Below are positions 41,959 to 48,151 of a DNA stretch of 48,151 nt, in pieces. A program made the position numbers and the translations under genes. Each line of letters begins with the position of its first letter. Position 1 is the stretch's first letter. The notes below the pieces were generated by a model that was given only the letters and a program-made list of their open reading frames with translations, had not been told where the DNA came from and searched no databases. The DNA comes from Nitrospinaceae bacterium (GTDB lineage: Bacteria > Nitrospinota > Nitrospinia > Nitrospinales > VA-1): NCBI GenBank assembly GCA_029261675.1, contig JAJDBA010000173.1, positions 1-48,151 of the forward strand, read 5' to 3'.

Positions 41959-43359
41959 CTAGCTACAAGCGTTGATCTCTGTTTGCAGATCGGGATAGAT
42001 AGGGTTTTGCTTTACGGTTTTTACCACATCGGCTCGGGTGTTTTTTACAGCCAGTTTATCGAACAGGAAATCTGTTTTACTTTCCAGTTCTTTGCCAATG
42101 CCCTCGCGAATTTCTTTAGACAAATTCCAAAACTCTGATTTGAATTCGCCGAAACCTTTTTTGCGGGTTTTATAGATGAACTGCTCATCGGTTTCGCCAT
42201 CTTTTTTCTCAGCGGCGAATTTTTTTCGAAGGTGGGTGTAAATTTCTTCTTTAAAATCGTTTGGGAAGAGACTGCTGCCATAGATCATATTTTGAAAATC
42301 TGTGGCCAGATGAATCTCTGCCGTTTCCAATTCGGGGAATTTATGGAAAAGGTTTTGGGGTAGGGTGGATGCACCATGTTGCACAGCTCCCGCTAGCCCA
42401 TAGCTTTCGCGTGAAATCCGCGATAAGCTTTCAAGCGTATCAAAATCGAGATTTACATCAGCGACTGTGCCATCTGGGAGAGGAACACCGCCATGCGATG
42501 TTCCAGTCTGAATGGAAATTTTGCTGATTCCTACCGCGCCTGCTTTTTCTTTTTCCAGTAACTCGTTAAAGTTGTCGAGGTAGGCGCGTAGTTCTTTCTC
42601 GTTACTATTTTCTTTTCCCACTTCACCGATTTCACCACCTACGGAAATCGTAATTCCAGCAGGTTCCAATTCGCGTACATATTTCGTGAGTTCGACTCCG
42701 ACTTCGAAATTGGCTCTTTGTTGTTCGACCACATTGGGCTTACTGAGATCCACTAGAGTGGATGTATCGATATCTATATTATAAAATCCACCCGCAATGC
42801 CGTCTTCGATGAGGGTTTTTAATCCGGCTATTTCCTTGTCTTTATCTTGCGCATAGTTTTTTGCGTTGACTTGAAAGTGATCGCCCTGAATAAAAACGGG
42901 GCCTTTGTAACCTTCCTTAATAGCTGCCGCGAGTATAACTGCGGAAAGCTCTTGTGGTTTTTGGAAGGTATAATTCATTTCAGATTTGGCCAGCTCAAAA
43001 ATGAATGCTCCTGCATCGGTTTTTATGGCGGTGCGAAAAATAGCACGGCAAAGCTCGTAAGGCAGACCGCGAATATTCAAGGCAGGTACGGTGAATCCTT
43101 TTATTTCCCCGCGTCCCCGTGCTTCATATAGCCCTTGTATTGAAGAGTTGACTATCCCCAACTCCAAAGCAGCAGATTTGATAATGAACCGACTCAACCC
43201 TTTTATCTCTGCGGAAGGGTTGGTCGCGGCGTTGAGGACCAGTTTGTCGAGAATATTTTCGCGCAACTTATCGGCGTTATTTATTACTAGATCGCCATTA
43301 TCTTGTGTCGCGATACCTTGCAGAGCCTGACTGATTTCTTCTTTATTATTGAAAAGCAT
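41959..43359 (-). CDS. Class II (metal-dependent) fructose/ketose-bisphosphate aldolase, long form (466 aa)
   Basis: 'PVFIQGDHFQ' (H-x-D-H-like zinc site), 'IQTGTSHGG' and 'GAVQHGASTLP' correspond to the conserved His ligands of class II aldolases. GGAGA Shine-Dalgarno upstream of ATG 43359. Confidence 0.8.
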   Translation of the reverse strand: MLFNNKEEISQALQGIATQDNGDLVINNADKLRENILDKLVLNAATNPSAEIKGLSRFIIKSAALELGIVNSSIQGLYEARGRGEIKGFTVPALNIRGLPYELCRAIFRTAIKTDAGAFIFELAKSEMNYTFQKPQELSAVILAAAIKEGYKGPVFIQGDHFQVNAKNYAQDKDKEIAGLKTLIEDGIAGGFYNIDIDTSTLVDLSKPNVVEQQRANFEVGVELTKYVRELEPAGITISVGGEIGEVGKENSNEKELRAYLDNFNELLEKEKAGAVGISKISIQTGTSHGGVPLPDGTVADVNLDFDTLESLSRISRESYGLAGAVQHGASTLPQNLFHKFPELETAEIHLATDFQNMIYGSSLFPNDFKEEIYTHLRKKFAAEKKDGETDEQFIYKTRKKGFGEFKSEFWNLSKEIREGIGKELESKTDFLFDKLAVKNTRADVVKTVKQNPIYPDLQTEINACS

Positions 43360-43734
43360 TTATTCTCCTGATGGATCGTTACAGGTTTGAGCCTGGGATG
43401 TTATAGTGTATTGTTTGTATCTGGATATTTTTGTGGTTGCAATTTCTGTCCCGTATAAAGAACATTGTTTTAATGCGGTGAGCATTGTAGCGAAAAAAAA
43501 CTCTTCAGGCAAAGGCAAGTTATATAAATTTAATATTTATTTAAAATTCTTTTAACTTAATGGTTTAGAGTTAACTAGTTAAAGTTTTTTATTATATAAA
43601 TTGGCTGGCCATTGGCTTTGTGTTGGTAAAAAACTAGCTTTATAATTGAGCTGAAGTTGTTGTTAAAATAAGGATTACTTTTAGTCCTTAGAAAAGGTAC
43701 GAAAGACCCATTATTACAACATTATTGTTTGTTA

Positions 43735-43762
43735 TTGACAGGTTGAGAAAATTTGCTAAAAT
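43735..43762 (+). promoter_or_regulatory. Candidate sigma-70 promoter for the USP/PCP_red gene
   Basis: TTGACA (43735-43740), 16-nt spacer, TAAAAT (43757-43762) preceded by TGc (extended -10 pattern). About 135 nt upstream of ATG 43897. Confidence 0.45.
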
Positions 43763-43896
43763 TCCCAGCGCTACTATGAAGTAGAGCACTTTTTTATGTC
43801 TTAGCATTTAGGATTTCAATAGAAAGTCCTGATTTTTGAATAATACCCTTTCAAATATTTTGTTTGCCAAGTTTCTGGCAGGGAGTGAACCACCCC

Positions 43897-45873
43897 ATGT
43901 TTAAAAATATTTATATACCTGTAGACAATTCTGATTATTCCAATGCTTGCGTAGACGTAGCAATGGAATTAGCTCAGGATTCAGATGCCATTATTACTGC
44001 TAGCCATGTTTATGCGGCTAAGATGCATGATGTCCGTTTCCGACAAATGGAAAGTGGATTGCCTGAAGAATATCAGGATGAAGAAGAACTCGAAAAACAA
44101 AGAAACATTCATGACCAACTGATCACCAAAGGCATGGAAGTTATCAGCGATTCTTATTTGGATGTACCCAAAGATAAATGTAAAGAGAAGGGCATTCCTT
44201 TTGTGGGGAAATCCCTTGAAGGTCGCAACTGGACAGAGCTGGTACGAGATATTCAAGAGTCTCCCTACGATCTAGTTGTAATGGGTGCGTTAGGGCTAGG
44301 CGCTATTAAAGATAGCCTGATCGGCACTGTAGCAGAACGTGTAATAAGACGTACGAAAAAGGACATGCTGATTGTGAAACATTGTCCTGAAATTCATGAT
44401 GACGTTGCTTCAAGTGGAAAAATTGTAGTCGCAGTTGACGGAAGTGGTCAATCCTTTGGTGGTCTGATGACAGGGATTGATTTGGCGAGAAAGTTGAATC
44501 GCCCTCTGGAAATCATTTCGACATTTGATCCTTACTTTCATTATGCAATGTTCAACAGTCTGACCGGTGTATTGTCCCGTGAAGCTTCTAAAGTTTTTAA
44601 GTTTGAGCAACAGGAAAAACTTCATGAGGACATCATTGATAAAGGGTTGGCAAAAATTTATCAGGCTCATCTGGAGATTTCCCGGAAAGTTTGTGAAGAA
44701 GAAGAAATGGAATGTACCATTCGTCTTCTGGATGGAAAGGTTTTCGAAAAAGTTCTGCAATATGCTCGCGAAGAAAATCCTTATCTCCTCATTTTAGGAC
44801 GCATTGGTGTTCATAGCGCGCCTGATATGGATATTGGGGGTAATGCTGAGAACTTATTGCGACTCGTCCCTTGTAATGTCTTGCTTTCCAGTAAAGTTTT
44901 CAAGCCGCCTATAGATTTGCAGGCTGAAGAGAGCATTGAGTGGACTGCAGAAGCTAAAGAAAGATTGAAGAAGATTCCTGGCTTTGTACGCCCAATGGCG
45001 ACCTCCGCGATTCTGCGATATTCTTTAGAGCGCGGACACAGCATGATTACTTCTAGTGTTATCACTGAAGCCGTTCAGGAAATTCTTCCTGCGGGTGCTA
45101 TGCAGGCAATGTCTGCTATCGGCGAGAGAATGAAAAATGAGGGTATGGACCCCAACAATCCGGAAGGTCTCGGTATGTTGAAAGAAGAAATGGCCGAAGC
45201 TCATGCTGGTAAGCCCCCTGAAGAGATTACTCTGAAATGTACCAGTTGTAATACTTTCTATAAAGGGGATGTTGTCAAATGTACTGTTTGTAATGCAGGG
45301 GCAGAACGCTTGCTTCCTGTTAACAAGGAAGAGTTTGAGGCATCGGAAGCAGAGGCTAAGAATTCTACTACATTCACTACTTTGCCTGATGGTGTTCAAG
45401 TGTCTTGGACTCAGGAAGCTTTGGATCGTCTTAATAGTTTCCCACAAGGTCATTTGAGAAGAAAAGCCCATGCTCGTGTTGAAAAGAATGCTCGTGTGCA
45501 GAAAGTCAATAAGGTTACGGCTGCCTTCCTAGACAAAATTCTCAATGAAAAGATCGTCAAGGATAACGGCAATGGCAACGGGGCAAGCGAAGGTATTCCA
45601 GGGGATATTCTAAGCTTGGGAGCCTCTTTAGATGCGAAAGATTTCAACTGGTCACCTGAAGCTTTAGAACGGTTGGAGCGTGTTCCTAAAGGGTTTATGA
45701 GGGACAACACTCAAAACCGAGTGATGGCTTGGTGTTCTCAAAATGATATCAAAGATATTTCACTTGATGTCTGTGAAGAAGGAATCAGGGAGTCTGTGAA
45801 ACTGATGGAAGATGCCATTAAGAATGGCGCAGGCTTAGACGACTTCCTTCCTCAAAAAGAAGTAAAGGCATAA
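43897..45873 (+). CDS. Multidomain protein: two universal-stress-protein (USP) domains, a Cys4 zinc-ribbon-like motif and three PCP_red-like repeats
   Basis: USP 'IYIPVDNSDYS...VVMGALGLGAIKDSLIGTVAERVIRRTKKDMLIVK' and 'IVVAVDGSGQS...LILGRIGVHS...NVLLSS'. 'CTSCNTFYKGDVVKCTVCN'. Three repeats: 'WTAEAKERLKKIPGFVRPMA', 'WTQEALDRLNSFPQGHLRRKA', 'WSPEALERLERVPKGFMRDNT'. ATG 43897 after GGGAG is preferred over the track's TTG 43864. Confidence 0.8.
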   Translation: MFKNIYIPVDNSDYSNACVDVAMELAQDSDAIITASHVYAAKMHDVRFRQMESGLPEEYQDEEELEKQRNIHDQLITKGMEVISDSYLDVPKDKCKEKGIPFVGKSLEGRNWTELVRDIQESPYDLVVMGALGLGAIKDSLIGTVAERVIRRTKKDMLIVKHCPEIHDDVASSGKIVVAVDGSGQSFGGLMTGIDLARKLNRPLEIISTFDPYFHYAMFNSLTGVLSREASKVFKFEQQEKLHEDIIDKGLAKIYQAHLEISRKVCEEEEMECTIRLLDGKVFEKVLQYAREENPYLLILGRIGVHSAPDMDIGGNAENLLRLVPCNVLLSSKVFKPPIDLQAEESIEWTAEAKERLKKIPGFVRPMATSAILRYSLERGHSMITSSVITEAVQEILPAGAMQAMSAIGERMKNEGMDPNNPEGLGMLKEEMAEAHAGKPPEEITLKCTSCNTFYKGDVVKCTVCNAGAERLLPVNKEEFEASEAEAKNSTTFTTLPDGVQVSWTQEALDRLNSFPQGHLRRKAHARVEKNARVQKVNKVTAAFLDKILNEKIVKDNGNGNGASEGIPGDILSLGASLDAKDFNWSPEALERLERVPKGFMRDNTQNRVMAWCSQNDIKDISLDVCEEGIRESVKLMEDAIKNGAGLDDFLPQKEVKA

Positions 45874-45900
45874 TTGAGTTTTTCATTTCTATAAAAAAAT

Positions 45901-45948
45901 AAGCCCCTGTATATTGAATTCTATTCAATATCAGGGGCTTTTCTCTTA
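45901..45948 (+). terminator. Rho-independent terminator after the USP/PCP_red gene
   Basis: AAGCCCCTGTATATTGAAT-tct-ATTCAATATCAGGGGCTT (18-bp stem with a 1-nt bulge) followed by TTTCTCTT. Confidence 0.8.
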
Positions 45949-45971
45949 GTAAATCAATTTCCTTTCTGTGT

Positions 45972-47744
45972 ATGTCTTTCCAGTTATTTAAACGGCTTTT
46001 TTTCTATGTAATGCCCTATATGTCGAGGCTATACCTCGCCATCTTCTTCTCCATCATTGTTGGGATTATTGCAACCTCGCCTGTACCCATCATTCAAAAG
46101 ACTTTTGATAGTATTTTTACTGAAAAAGATTATTTTATGCTGAAGGTTATTCCTCTTGCGTTGGTTGCGCTGTACCTCCTAAAGGCGGTCCTGATGTACG
46201 CACAAAACCTTATCATGTTTGGAATATCATGGGAGTTGGTTGTTCAGTTTAGAGAAAAATTATTTGCCCATATTCATCGTTTACCCTTCGGTTTTTTTGA
46301 GGAAAATGAAACCGGGAAACTCATTTCTAGAATAAATAATGATGTGGCTATCATGCAGTCAACGGTGACTCGCTTGCTGAAAGAGTTTCTTCAGAATAGC
46401 GTTACTTTGATAGGCCTTATGGTATGGGTGTTTTACTTGAAATGGGACTGGGCGTTAATGGCTCTCATTGTTTTTCCGGTGATGATCTTTCCTGTATCCA
46501 ATATTGGAAGAAAACTCAAAAAGTTCAGTCATAAAGGCCAGGAAATACTTGGAAATATCAATGCAACGGTGTTGGAATCTTTTTCAGGAGTAAAGGTTGT
46601 CCGAGCCTTTGGCTTGGAACCGCGCGAATTAAAAAAATTCCAAAATTACAACGATGATTACCTGAAAATAATGAAAAAGAATGTGAAATATGTCGAGATG
46701 ACATCACCCTTTCTTGAAGTTTTAGGTGTTGCTAGTTCTGCATTCATTCTTTGGTACGGTGGTTCTCAGGTTTTGAATGGTGAAATAAGTCAGGGAACTT
46801 TTTTGGCCTTCATCGTGGCTTTATTCATGATGTACACGCCGATTCGAATTCTTTTTAAAATTATTGCAAGTGTTCAAACTTCTCTCGCAGGTGCTGAACG
46901 TGTGTTTGAGATTCTTGATCTGCCAGAAGAAAAAGTGCGCGAAGGTCAAAAAGAACTGATCGATTTCAAAGGAAAAATTGAGTTTCAAGATGTATGCTTT
47001 CGCTATCCTTCTCGCGCCAAAATGGTTTTAGATAAAATAAATTTGACGGTTAATAAATCAGAAGTCATAGCAATTGTTGGCATGAGTGGTGCTGGAAAAA
47101 CGACTCTGGTAGATTTGCTTTTTCGATTTTATGAAACGACTTCAGGGAAAATTTTAATAGATGGTGAAGATATACGAAACTTCAAGCTTTCTTCCCTTAG
47201 AAGTCATCTTGCTCTCGTAACTCAAGAGACATTTTTGTTTAATGATACTATCCTCAATAATATCGCTTTTGGTAAAGAAGGTGATTCGACTCGAGAGGAA
47301 ATTATGGATGCGGCTAAGGCTGCACATGTCGACTATTTTGTAGAAAAGATAGAAGAGGGTTATGAAACTCTGATTGGCGAGAGAGGTGTAAAACTTTCAG
47401 GTGGACAAAAACAGAGAATTGCCATTGCGCGTGCGATCCTTAGAAATGCCCCGATTCTGATTTTAGATGAAGCAACCTCTGCGCTTGATTCCGAATCAGA
47501 AAAACTAGTTCAAGATGCGCTACATAACCTGATGGAACATCGGACGTCATTTGTAATAGCGCATCGTTTGTCCACCATCAAGCACGCCAATCGAATTCTT
47601 GTAATGGATGACGGTAAAATTGTAGAGTCGGGCACTCATCAGTCACTGCTGGCGAGTAGTGGGCTCTATCAGAAGTATTACAATATGCAGTTCATTGATC
47701 TTGAAGATGAAAATAAGGTGGAACCTGATAAAGATGCTGTTTGA
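45972..47744 (+). CDS. msbA: ABC exporter, fused permease/ATPase (MsbA-like lipid/multidrug flippase type)
   Basis: Six N-terminal helices. Walker A 'GMSGAGKTT'; signature 'LSGGQKQRIAIARA'; Walker B 'ILILDEATSALD'; H-loop 'SFVIAHRLST'. The msbA assignment itself is tentative, because many exporters share this architecture. Confidence 0.8.
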   Translation: MSFQLFKRLFFYVMPYMSRLYLAIFFSIIVGIIATSPVPIIQKTFDSIFTEKDYFMLKVIPLALVALYLLKAVLMYAQNLIMFGISWELVVQFREKLFAHIHRLPFGFFEENETGKLISRINNDVAIMQSTVTRLLKEFLQNSVTLIGLMVWVFYLKWDWALMALIVFPVMIFPVSNIGRKLKKFSHKGQEILGNINATVLESFSGVKVVRAFGLEPRELKKFQNYNDDYLKIMKKNVKYVEMTSPFLEVLGVASSAFILWYGGSQVLNGEISQGTFLAFIVALFMMYTPIRILFKIIASVQTSLAGAERVFEILDLPEEKVREGQKELIDFKGKIEFQDVCFRYPSRAKMVLDKINLTVNKSEVIAIVGMSGAGKTTLVDLLFRFYETTSGKILIDGEDIRNFKLSSLRSHLALVTQETFLFNDTILNNIAFGKEGDSTREEIMDAAKAAHVDYFVEKIEEGYETLIGERGVKLSGGQKQRIAIARAILRNAPILILDEATSALDSESEKLVQDALHNLMEHRTSFVIAHRLSTIKHANRILVMDDGKIVESGTHQSLLASSGLYQKYYNMQFIDLEDENKVEPDKDAV

Positions 47745-48151
47745 AAATGTTTGCATTGAAGGTTTAGGGTATCACTTACCAGAAAACCGTATTACGTCCA
47801 GTGAGCTTGAAACTCGGCTTGCTCCTATTTATGAAAGACTGAAACTTCCCTCAGGTCGTTTGGAGTTGATGAGTGGAATAGAAGAACGTCGGTTTTGGGA
47901 TGAAGGTACTTTCCCAAGTGAGGTTGCTGCTATTGCGGGAAAAAAGGCAATAGAGAACTCTGGTATCGATGCAAAGAAAATTGGCTGCCTTATTTCCGCT
48001 TCTGTATGTAGAGATTTTTTAGAACCTTCTACTGCATCTATAGTTCATCATCGCTTGGAACTTCCTGAAGAATCCTTTGTATTCGATGTTTCTAATGCAT
48101 GTCTTGGCGTGTTAAACGGCATGTGTATTGTTGGCAATATGATCGATCAGG
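47734..48151 (+). CDS. 3-oxoacyl-ACP synthase III (FabH/KAS III-like) family protein, 3'-truncated by the window end
   Basis: My own translation from ATG 47734: 'MLFENVCIEGLGYHLPENRITSSELE...GCLISASVCRDFLEPSTASIVHHRLELPEESFVFDVSNACLGVLNGM'. 'SNACLG' is the active-site Cys context of KAS III enzymes. Overlaps the ABC gene by 11 nt. Not in the ORF track because it has no stop in the window. Confidence 0.75.
   Translation, partial: MLFENVCIEGLGYHLPENRITSSELETRLAPIYERLKLPSGRLELMSGIEERRFWDEGTFPSEVAAIAGKKAIENSGIDAKKIGCLISASVCRDFLEPSTASIVHHRLELPEESFVFDVSNACLGVLNGMCIVGNMIDQ

Noticed and set aside
41949-41977. GATC(C)AACGC...GCGTTGATC hairpin between the convergent kinase and aldolase genes as a bidirectional terminator
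   Set aside because: The stem overlaps the aldolase stop codon and has no U-tract in either direction, so its function is unclear.

Overview
Low-GC (about 40% by eye) chromosomal window from a Gram-negative-type bacterium. The taxon cannot be assigned from sequence alone. I support about 35 protein genes. I saw no rRNA, tRNA, CRISPR array, transposase or integrase.

Left part (1-23.4 kb): a 5'-truncated hybrid histidine kinase, a secreted hypothetical protein, a formyltransferase-like gene, a stand-alone protein with three Bateman (CBS-pair) modules, and a REC-kinase fusion. Then an addB-addA helicase-nuclease pair in which addA carries a single in-frame TAG, followed by moaC-moaD-moaE, a VOC gene and an EamA gene. 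Next come a translationally coupled CheY-like/CheC/PAS-kinase triad, an M16 peptidase, an ABC1/UbiB-type kinase and a SorAB-like sulfite dehydrogenase.

Centre (23.6-41.9 kb), the standout region: an NtrC-type sigma-54 activator followed by two same-strand operons. Each operon sits behind a near-consensus -24/-12 promoter and the same pair of upstream palindromes.
- Operon 1: a 61-aa ORF, a soluble MCP with three Aer2-like PAS units, a CheA whose P2 position is occupied by a truncated haemoglobin, and CheW.
- Operon 2: a REC-REC-HD-GYP protein, then four paralogous kinases built on one transmitter(-receiver) chassis. Their sensors are REC, MHYT, GAF, or Cache + FixL-like PAS + GAF. Their receiver modules are 93-97% identical at the DNA level.

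Right part: a long class II aldolase, a USPx2/PCP_redx3 protein, an MsbA-like exporter and a partial KAS III gene.

All family calls come from motifs read in the translations. No database search was possible.
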